Source: an uncultured Desulfobulbaceae bacterium (GTDB lineage: Bacteria > Desulfobacterota > Desulfobulbia > Desulfobulbales > CALZHT01). From it: a DNA stretch of 64,000 nt. Where the stretch lies: NCBI GenBank assembly GCA_945787445.1, contig CALZHT010000013.1:54079-118078 (forward strand). Direction: 5' to 3'. The notes under the pieces were generated by a model, which saw only the letters and a list, made by a program, of their open reading frames with translations, was not told where the DNA came from and searched no databases. The position numbers and the translations under genes are program-made. Shown here one piece after another: positions 9,625-18,043 of this stretch. Within the stretch, counting starts at the first letter, position 1. Each line of letters starts with the position of its first letter.

Positions 9625-11277
9625 TTACACCGGGCGTGGTCCTACCTCCATGAGATTCATTGCTTCCTTGTTGCCTTTATACGCAGCTTCAAATTTTTCC
9701 TGGAAGCTTTTTGCCAGTCTGTTTGCCGCTTGCCGGTAAGCCGCGACATTGTCCCAAACCTCCCACGGTTTAAGGATATCCTGGGATGACAATCCTATGC
9801 ACTCTGTTATCATGTCAACACCGAACTGCTCATGGGTCTGGTGCCTGGCGTGATTAAGGTCTCCATCCAAGGCCGCGGCTATCATGGCTCTGCTGTCCTT
9901 GATTGCAATCCGTGATCCAACCCCATAGCCTCCGCCTGACCAGCCGGTATTTACCAAATACACCTGGGCGCCAAATTGTTCTAATTTTTTTTCCAATAGT
10001 TGGGCATATTCAAACAAATCCCTCGGCATAAAAGGGAGACCATAGCAGGCGGAAAAAAATGGTTGGGGCTCGGTTACGCCGACTTCGGTTCCGGCCAGTT
10101 TCGAGGTGTATCCCATTAAAAAGTGGTACATGGCCTGTTTGGAACTGAGCCTTGAAATCGGCGGCAATGTTCCGGTGGCGTCTGCCGATAAAAAGAAAAT
10201 CGTTTTCGGATGCTTGGCCGTGCCGGTTTCGCTCGGATTCGGTAAACTTTTTAAGGGGTAAGATCCTCTGGTGTTTTCCGTAATATTGCCGTCATCATAG
10301 TTGAATCTTCCTTTCCGCATGACAATGTTTTCCGCCAGGGCGCCAAACTTCTTCATGGCATTGTAAATATCAGGTTCGGCATTTTTATCCAGCTTGATAA
10401 GCTTTGCATAGCAGCCCCCTTCCATGGCAAATAAGCCATTCGGGCCCCAGGCAATTTCATCATCGCCAAGCATTGCCCGGTCCGGGTCCGAAGATAAGGT
10501 AGTTTTCCCGGTGCCGGAGAGCCCGAAAAACACCGCAGATTCTCTATCATTGCCAATGTTGGCGCCGCAATGCATGGGGAATATATCCATTGTGGGGTAA
10601 ATATAATTTAAGAATGTAAAGGCGCCTTTTTTGGGTTCCCCGCAATAGTTCATGCCGGCGGCCAGAATCCTTCGCTTTTTAAAATCAAGAACGACGGCAC
10701 CGTCCTGTTTCAGGCCGTATTTTTCCGGGTCGATTTTGAGTTCGGGCAATACTATTGCCGTTACGGCGTCCTGGGCAATCTGGCCCTCTGCGATCATATC
10801 CAAAGGCGGCAGGTCGCGGAATTGATTTATGGCAAATAATGCCCTGGATGCATGGGATGTTATGAATTGAAAGGGAAAGGCATTCATTAGATCAGAACCC
10901 AGCATGCGGTTTGCCACGAAAATTTCCCCTGTTTTATTGATATATTTGATCATTTCATTATAAATCTTGTTCGCCGTGCTTCTGGAGATTGGCTGGTTCA
11001 GCTTCTTGTTGGAAAAGTCAACGCCGGGTGCATCGTCACAGATATATCGTGCCGCAGGAGTTCTGCCAGTATGCCTCTGTTTGCCATACTGATCATCAAC
11101 CCTTGTATTGATAACCAGGGTGCCTTTCCTGCTCAGGACGCCTTCTCCTCTACGTACCGCTTCCGTAACCAGTTGCGAAAAGTGAAGATTATCAATACCT
11201 TCTGTTTCACCTAAATTAGAGGTTACCGTATCTTTTATGCCCAGTCTGCCCAGATTAAGCAATTCGTCGACAGCCAT
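9625..11277 (-). CDS. pckA: phosphoenolpyruvate carboxykinase (ATP)
   Basis: 550 aa with the kinase-1a motif GLSGTGKTTLS and PckA-like context (FFGLSGTGKTTLSSDP, NTGWSGG). Confidence 0.9.
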   Translation of the reverse strand: MAVDELLNLGRLGIKDTVTSNLGETEGIDNLHFSQLVTEAVRRGEGVLSRKGTLVINTRVDDQYGKQRHTGRTPAARYICDDAPGVDFSNKKLNQPISRSTANKIYNEMIKYINKTGEIFVANRMLGSDLMNAFPFQFITSHASRALFAINQFRDLPPLDMIAEGQIAQDAVTAIVLPELKIDPEKYGLKQDGAVVLDFKKRRILAAGMNYCGEPKKGAFTFLNYIYPTMDIFPMHCGANIGNDRESAVFFGLSGTGKTTLSSDPDRAMLGDDEIAWGPNGLFAMEGGCYAKLIKLDKNAEPDIYNAMKKFGALAENIVMRKGRFNYDDGNITENTRGSYPLKSLPNPSETGTAKHPKTIFFLSADATGTLPPISRLSSKQAMYHFLMGYTSKLAGTEVGVTEPQPFFSACYGLPFMPRDLFEYAQLLEKKLEQFGAQVYLVNTGWSGGGYGVGSRIAIKDSRAMIAAALDGDLNHARHQTHEQFGVDMITECIGLSSQDILKPWEVWDNVAAYRQAANRLAKSFQEKFEAAYKGNKEAMNLMEVGPRPV

Positions 11278-11388
11278 ATGCGACTCCTTTATAGAACGAG
11301 ATTAGGGTTGCGTTGTTGCGTTATGTACCTATTAAAAGTAAAAAATGAAAAATTAGAAACTATTTTTTTATCAAAGATGATTTATACG

Positions 11389-11479
11389 TGAGGAGTGAGA
11401 AGTGAGGAGTGAGGAGTGAGGAATGAGGAATGAGGGGTGAGGACTGAGGACTGAGGACTGAGAGGTGAAGGGTAAAAGG
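11389..11479 (+). repeat. tandem heptamer array TGAGGAN x 12-13 (family D)
   Basis: Read directly: TGAGGAG TGAGAAG TGAGGAG TGAGGAG TGAGGAA TGAGGAA TGAGGGG TGAGGAC x3 TGAGAGG TGAAGGG TAAAAGG. The array ends 6 nt before the nitroreductase ATG. Confidence 0.95.
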
Positions 11480-11485
11480 AACCAT

Positions 11486-12031
11486 ATGGAATTTTCAGAG
11501 TTGATAACGATCAGGCAGAGTGTCAGAAAGTATCAGGACAGACCGGTAGAAAATGAAAAAATTGCGCAGTTGATCGAGGCGGTCCGCCTGGCTCCGTCTG
11601 CCAGTAATTCGCAGCCTTGGAAGCTTATAATTGTTAATGAATCCGGCCTGAAGGATAAAGTGGCCAGAGCGACATTCAGTAAACTTGTCTCATTCAATAA
11701 ATTTGCCCCGCAGGCCCCAGTTCTTGCTGTTTTGACCATAGAAAAACCAAAGGTCATCACCCAAATAGGCGGCAGACTGAAGGATAGGGAATTCCCTTTG
11801 ATCGATATCGGCATTGCAGCCGCACATTTTTGTCTGCAGGCTGCGGAATTGGGACTGGGGACATGTATGCTCGGCTGGTTTGATGAGGCGGCAGTAAAAA
11901 AGCTTTTGCATATTCCGGAGAAAACGAGAATTGGCCTGGTGATCGCCTTGGGGTATGCTGCGGCAGGTTATCCCTTGCGGAAGAAAATACGTAAGGATGT
12001 CAAGGATATGGTGAGCTTCAACAGCTATTAG
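11486..12031 (+). CDS. nitroreductase family protein
   Basis: MEFSELITIRQSVRKYQDRPV...APSASNSQPW, the typical nitroreductase N-terminus. Start moved to ATG 11486. Confidence 0.85.
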   Translation: MEFSELITIRQSVRKYQDRPVENEKIAQLIEAVRLAPSASNSQPWKLIIVNESGLKDKVARATFSKLVSFNKFAPQAPVLAVLTIEKPKVITQIGGRLKDREFPLIDIGIAAAHFCLQAAELGLGTCMLGWFDEAAVKKLLHIPEKTRIGLVIALGYAAAGYPLRKKIRKDVKDMVSFNSY

Positions 12032-12036
12032 CCAAT

Positions 12037-12177
12037 ATTCAGATCTCCTGAACTCGAGGATTTACGATGATACCAGCGTTGATAATCTCCGTACGGAAGA
12101 GTGCCTAAAGTTTGAAGTGCCTAAAGTGCCTAAAGTTTAAGAATTTATCTAATCAGAAAAGTACCATAACTTTAGGC
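12037..12177 (+). repeat. family B hairpin element, copy B1 (right arm truncated)
   Basis: 5' module ATTCAGATCTCCTGAACTCGAGGATTTACGATGATA..TTGATAAT, then a left arm of AGTGCCTAAAGT units, a loop, and a right arm that stops at AACTTTAGGC. Confidence 0.85.
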
Positions 12178-12651
12178 GGTGTATTCGAATTCATCTGCGA
12201 GTTTGGCTTCACCATGAACCACTTTGGTCTTAACCGTGTATGACCCTGCGGCCTTGAAATCCACATCGGCCCCGTATCCGCCGGTCATTGCCATGGTCAT
12301 GGCCTTTTGTTTGTTTCCGTCGGATGAAGTGACCAGGTAGCCCACTTTGGCATCCTTGATTTTCTCGCCCTTGGGCCCTTCAATGTAAAGCATGAGATGG
12401 TGAGATTTCATGTTCTCCATGGCGTCGGCGGCCATGGTGTGTTTTTGATCCATAGTGGCCATCTTTTCCTTCATGTCGATCAGGTGGTAGGCAAAGGTGA
12501 AGCCGTCAACCTTGGTGGTCCTGATGAGTTTTCCCATATGGGCGGAATGGTCCATTTTATGGCCCTGATGTCCTTCGGACATTGCTACTGCTTGGGCGGC
12601 AATGATAAGCCCGCACATCATCAGTAAAGAAAGAAATTTTGTGATTTTCAT
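12172..12651 (-). CDS. periplasmic His/Met-rich putative metal-binding protein
   Basis: Signal peptide MKITKFLSLLMMCGLIIAAQAVA, then HQGHKMDHSAHMG and several M/H clusters. Strong RBS AAGGAG before ATG 12651. Last gene of the efflux operon. Confidence 0.7.
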   Translation of the reverse strand: MKITKFLSLLMMCGLIIAAQAVAMSEGHQGHKMDHSAHMGKLIRTTKVDGFTFAYHLIDMKEKMATMDQKHTMAADAMENMKSHHLMLYIEGPKGEKIKDAKVGYLVTSSDGNKQKAMTMAMTGGYGADVDFKAAGSYTVKTKVVHGEAKLADEFEYTA

Positions 12652-12741
12652 ATGGTTCTCCTTATGTAGTGGTATGTTTTGCATGGTTTGAATATCCGGT
12701 GTCGGTGTTTTCACCAACACGGTAAGTATTCTTGCTTAGAT

Positions 12742-13080
12742 TTACAAGGCATCGGTGCTTTCGCATTTGTTGCGTATTTTCATGAGCCGGTTGACGTTTG
12801 ACACAACGATGATGCCGTCGCCGCTGAAACCGGTGCAGGAGGCCTCCCGGATGATGTCCACCAGCCGCAAGTCGTCACGGTCGCTGCAGATCACCTCCAG
12901 TTTCACCATCTTTGTGACCCTGCGGCCGAACTCCATGTTTATCTTGGCATCGCCGTTGTCAACGTGTTTGCCGACGGCCAGAACATGGTCGACCGTGGCA
13001 TGGATAGCCCCGGCATCCTGCAAGGCGTCAAGGGTTTCCCGCGCCTTGTCGGCCCGAATGATGGCTTTAATCTCCTTCAT
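12742..13080 (-). CDS. P-II (GlnB-like) family protein associated with metal efflux
   Basis: 112 aa with a P-II-like pattern: MKEIKAIIR...TV..V...G...KLEV.C.D...TG..GDG.I.V. Its start overlaps the cusA-like stop by 14 nt. Confidence 0.7.
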   Translation of the reverse strand: MKEIKAIIRADKARETLDALQDAGAIHATVDHVLAVGKHVDNGDAKINMEFGRRVTKMVKLEVICSDRDDLRLVDIIREASCTGFSGDGIIVVSNVNRLMKIRNKCESTDAL

Positions 13081-16000
13081 AATGCACCTCTTCTTCTGGT
13101 AAGGTTTTACGCGTAAAGATCTGCCGCAGTTCCCAACGTTTCCAGATATCGTATACCGCAGGGATAATGATCAGGGTAAGGATGGTTGAGGAAAGAAGCC
13201 CGCCGACCATGGGCGCGGCGATGCGTTTCATGACCTGGGACCCTGTCTCGGTGCCTATCATGACAGGAAGCAGACCGATCAGGGTGGTGGCCACGGTCAT
13301 CAGCTTGGGCCGTACCCTATCCGCGGCACCCTCGATGATGGAAGCGTGCAGGTCCTCATGGGATGTCATTTGCGCATGTCTCTTGCGGCGGTTAAAGGAT
13401 TCGTCAAGATAGACCAGCATCACGACGCCAGTCTCGGCCGCAAGGCCGGCCAGGGCAATGAAGCCCACCACCACGGCCACCGAAAGGTTATAGTTCAGAA
13501 TATACAAAAGCCAGACGCCGCCCACCAGGGCAAAGGGCAGGCTGGCCATGACAATCAAGGCCTCGATCATGTTCTGGAAATGGATAAAGAGCAGGACAAA
13601 GATAACGGCAATGGTCACCGGAATGATAATATTTAAAGTTTTACGCGCTTTTTCCATGTATTCGTATTGCCCGGACCAGATAATGGAATACCCGGAAGGA
13701 AAAGCAATTTCATTTTCAACGATTTCCTTGGCCGTTTTTACGTAAGACCCCACATCGACGCCCTTGAGATCCACGTAGATCCAAGCGGTCTGCCGGGAAT
13801 TTTCGCTTTTGATTGCCGGCGGGCCTTTGACCAGGTTGATGTCGGCAAATTGGGCCAGGGGTATCTGGGCCCCGGTGGGAGTGGAAACCAGGACGCGCTT
13901 CACCTGCTCGATGTCATCCCGCAGTTCCCGGGTATACCGTAGACTCACCGGATAGCGTTCAAGGCCTTCCACGGTATAGGTGACGTTCATACCGCCAATG
14001 GCCGTGGAAATGACATCCTGCACATCGCCTACTGTGAGTCCGTAACGGGCTATCTGATCGCGGCGAATGGTAAAATCCAGGAAATTACCGCCCGTGACCC
14101 GTTCGGAATAGGCGGATAAGGTGCCTGGAATATCGCGGACCAACGCTTCGATTTTCGATCCCAAATCCGCTAGCACTTCAAGATCAGGACCCATAAGCTT
14201 GATGCCCACCGGGGTTTTTATGCCGGTTGACAGCATGTCGATCCTGGTCTTGATCGGCATGGTCCAAGCATTGGTCAGCCCTGGAAACTGGATGGCACTA
14301 TTAAGATCGTCAGCTAACTCGTCGATGGTTATATAACGCTCTTCCGGCCAGATGAAGGTGAACGGCATTTTGATCCAGCCGGGCCAGCCGGAAAAGAAGC
14401 GCTCTATTTTCCTTTTGCGCCACTGGTCAAGGATCTTGCCCTGTTTCTTTTCAGGCAGGATAAGGTTGAGCGGGCCTTTAAGCCATTCGGGCCAGCCGGA
14501 AAAGAAGCGGTCCACGGTTATGGTTTCATAGGTGACTTTCGGTTTCAGAGTGATGGTGGTTTCAATCATGGAAAGGGGCGCCGGGTCCGTGGCGGTCTCG
14601 GCCCTGCCGATCTTGCCCAGGGTATGGTCCACTTCCGGAAAACTCTGGATGATTTTATCGGTCTGCTGCAGGATTTCCTTGGCCTTGGTGATGGACAGGC
14701 CGGGACCAGCTGGCGATGATGACAAAGGTAGCGATGAGCATTGTAATTTTGGGCCATGTGAGCACCTGGGTAATAACAGGCAGGTAGGTGCGTACAAAGA
14801 ATTTGCTTAACGGATTGCGCTTTTCAGCGATCAGCCGCTGCGGGACCAGGAAGATCGCGGCAAAAAGGGAGACTGCCAATGCTGCAAGTAATGACCAGCC
14901 CGGCAACTCAAGCCCGGCAAGGCCGCCGATGATGACCAGCAAAGGCGGCGCCCCGATTGCCGCTGCCCAGGAAATGGTTTTTTTCTTTCGGCTCATTGCC
15001 GGGGGCAGAGCATGTTCGCGGATAAAGAAGGTCATGAGCACCGGGATGATGGTGACGGCCAGGATGGAGGATGCCGCCATGGCAAAGGTCTTGGTATAGG
15101 CCAGGGGTTTGAAGAGGCGGCCGGATTGTTCCTGCAGGGCAAACACCGGCAGGAACGATATGGTGATGATCAGCAGGCTGTAAAACAGGGCCGGTCCCAC
15201 CTCCTTGGAGGCATCGACGATGATCTGCAGGTGGGTCTTGCTCCCCTTTTCTTTTTCCAGATGTTTGTGGGCGTTTTCCACCAGCACTACCGAGGCGTCC
15301 ACCATGACGCCGATGGCAATGGCAATGCCGCCTAGGCTCATGATAGTGGCATTTATGCCCAGAAAATACATGCCAAGAAACGACATGAGGATCCCTACCG
15401 GCAGGGTGAAGATGGCCACAAAGGCTGAGCGGAAATGGAGCAGGAATACCACGCAGATAAGGGCCACCACGATCATTTCTTCAAGGAGTTTTTCCTTCAG
15501 GGTGTCAACGGCGCGTAGGATCAGGTTGGAGCGGTCATAGCCGGTTTTGATCACCACCCCTTCCGGCAGCCCTTTTTCCAGCTCTTTGAGCTTTTCCTTG
15601 ACGTTTTTGATGATCTCCAGGCCGTTTTCGCCGTAACGCATCACCACAATGCCGCCCACGGTTTCGCCCTGGCCGTTCCATTCCAGTATGCCGCGCCGCA
15701 ATTCGGGCCCCACGTGGATATGGGCAATATTTTTCAGCAGGATCGGGGTCCCCATCCGGTCGACGCCCACGGCTATGATTTCCAGATCTTGCATGGAGCG
15801 GATATAGCCCAACCCCCGCACCATGAATTCAGTCTCCCCCATTTCAATGAGCTTGCCGCCCACATCCCGGTTGGAGCGCTGGATGGCCTGCTTGATTTTG
15901 CCGATGGAAAGGTTGTAGGCCAGGAGCTTGTTGGGATCGACCTCCACCTGGTACTGTTTGACGTAGCCGCCGATGGAGGCGACCTCGGAAACCCCGGGGA

Positions 16001-16511
16001 CCGCGGTGAGTTCATAGCGTAGATACCAGTCCTGGATGGACCTGAGCTGCTGCAAATCATGGCGGTCAGTGGTATCCTGCAGCACGTATTCATACACCCA
16101 GCCCACGCCGGTGGCGTCCGGGCCCAGGCTCGGGGTGACACCCTCGGGCAGCCTGCCGGCCACGAAGTTCAGGTACTCCAGGACGCGGGAACGGGCCCAG
16201 TACAGATCGGTGCCGTCTTCAAAAATGATATAAACAAAGGAGACGCCGAAAAAGGAGTAGCCCCGCACTACTTTGGCAAAAGGTACGGAGAGCATGGCCG
16301 TGGTGAGCGGATAGGTCACCTGGTCCTCAACCACCTGGGGGGCCTGGCCGGGATAATCGGTCTGGATGATAACCTGCACGTCCGAAAGATCCGGGATGGC
16401 GTCCAGCGGCGTGTTGAGCATGGCGAGAATGCCGCCCAGGATCATAAAGATAGTGGCCAGGATGACGATGAACCGGTTATTTATGGACCATTCGATGATT
16501 TTTTCTATCAT
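13067..16511 (-). pseudogene. cusA: CusA/CzcA-family heavy-metal RND pump, disrupted by internal deletion plus frameshift
   Basis: The N-terminal ORF 14655-16511 (MIEKIIEWSINNRF...DVQVIIQTDYPGQAPQVVEDQVTYPLTT) and C-terminal ORF 13067-14797 are in different frames. They meet near 14700-14715. The conserved segment between ...WPK.T.L.. and PG(I/L)S..EA...LQ.TD is missing. Confidence 0.8.
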
Positions 16512-16559
16512 GATGCTGTGCGCAGTAAGGTCTTAAGATGATGGCTGCTGTCCCACACC

Positions 16560-18032
16560 CTACATGTCCTTAAAGAAGTCATTTACGGATTCTTCCTTTG
16601 GCGGCGGTTTTGCGGTCTTTGCCTCGATCATCTTCTGCACCGCCTCCTTGAGCTTGGATTCGGAATCAATAAGGAACTGTCCGGATGTCACAATTGCGTC
16701 ATTTTCAGCCACGCCGGACAAAACCTGAACCATGCCGTTGTCCAGGGTCAGGCCGGGGGTGATTTCCCGGGGCGTGAATTTGCCGGCGCCGCGGGTAACG
16801 AACACCAGGTTTCTTTTGCCGGACCGGATCACCGCTTCCGAGGGGATGACCAAGCCTTCGCCCTGGGAACTGACCTGGATCATGATATCTGCATACATGT
16901 CCGGTTTGAGTTCCAGGGTGGGATTGTCGAATTCAAGGCGGATGACGACATCACGGGTTTTCTGCTGCAGATAGGGGTAAACGTAGGAAACGGTGCCGGT
17001 GTATTTTTTCCCCGGCTCATAGGGCAGGGACATTTCCGTTTCCTGGCCGATTTTGATCCAGGGTAGCTCGTACTCGAAAATATGGGCTTCCACCCATACC
17101 TTGCGGAGATCGGCAATCTGGAACACCGTTGTTCCGGCTTTGATATAGGAGCCTTCGTCCGCATTTTTCTTGGTGACCACCCCGCTGAAAGGGGAGGGGA
17201 TGGTAATGGTTTTTCGCACCTTGCCGGACTTCTTGATTGATTCGATCTGGTCCTGGGGAACATCCCAGTATGCAAGGCGGCGTTGGGTCGACTCCAGCAG
17301 GTCCCTGCCCCGGTCGCCTTTCATCCTTTCCAGGTTCTTGTGGGCGGCCAGGAATTCCTCCTGGGCGGAAAGGAGTTCCGGAGAATATATATCAAAGAGC
17401 GGTTCGCCTTTCTCGACCATCTGGCCGGTGAAATCCACATGAAGTTTTTCAATCCAGCCGTTGAATTTGGGATTGATCTCCGCGGTCCTGGTCTCGTCAT
17501 AGGTTATATGGCCGTAAGTTCTGATGGACCTGATCAGGGGCGCCTTTTTTACCAGCTGGGTGCGGATTCCCATGTTCTGCTGGGTAACCGGGTCTATTTT
17601 TACTTCCACCCCGCCGATCACTTCATCCTCATATACCGGGACCAGGTCCATGCCCATCTTGCTTTTGCCGGGCTTGTCATAAATTTCGGTGGGGTCCATG
17701 GGCGCCCGCCAATAGGCGATCCTGCGTTCTTCGTTCCCTGATGGATCTCCTGATCCGGTATCATCGAGCTTTGGCGTCAGCTCCATATTACAGATGGGGC
17801 AGAGGCCAGGTTCTTCGGAAATAATCCACGGGTGCATACCGCAGGTATACAGGGTTGCTTCATCTGCGTGATCTGCAGTGGTATGGGGGACCGCTGCTGT
17901 CTGCTGATCGCCGGCATGGTTGCCGATCAAATAAAAAGCCCCGCCGGCAACAGTCAAGGTGATGACTGCGGATAGGGCAGCGGCCAGCAGGGGGGATATT
18001 TTCTTTTTCTTCATGTTTTCCATGAATGTCAT
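16560..18032 (-). CDS. cusB: efflux RND periplasmic adaptor, CusB-like, with N-terminal metal-binding Cys motif
   Basis: 490 aa: N-terminal TM, then YTCGMHPWIISEEPGLCPICNMEL and membrane-fusion-protein-like beta-barrel/lipoyl regions. Lies directly upstream of cusA. Confidence 0.85.
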   Translation of the reverse strand: MTFMENMKKKKISPLLAAALSAVITLTVAGGAFYLIGNHAGDQQTAAVPHTTADHADEATLYTCGMHPWIISEEPGLCPICNMELTPKLDDTGSGDPSGNEERRIAYWRAPMDPTEIYDKPGKSKMGMDLVPVYEDEVIGGVEVKIDPVTQQNMGIRTQLVKKAPLIRSIRTYGHITYDETRTAEINPKFNGWIEKLHVDFTGQMVEKGEPLFDIYSPELLSAQEEFLAAHKNLERMKGDRGRDLLESTQRRLAYWDVPQDQIESIKKSGKVRKTITIPSPFSGVVTKKNADEGSYIKAGTTVFQIADLRKVWVEAHIFEYELPWIKIGQETEMSLPYEPGKKYTGTVSYVYPYLQQKTRDVVIRLEFDNPTLELKPDMYADIMIQVSSQGEGLVIPSEAVIRSGKRNLVFVTRGAGKFTPREITPGLTLDNGMVQVLSGVAENDAIVTSGQFLIDSESKLKEAVQKMIEAKTAKPPPKEESVNDFFKDM

Positions 18033-18043
18033 AGAGTAACTCC

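Noticed and set aside
13167-16541. Many plus-strand ORFs (60-160 aa) antisense to the cusA-like gene. The same pattern occurs over cusB, the TolC genes, the ClC gene, EF-G, pilT, waaA and others
   Set aside because: They lie wholly inside longer ORFs with clear family motifs on the other strand and have Arg/Gly/Pro-rich shadow-frame composition. They are treated as spurious.
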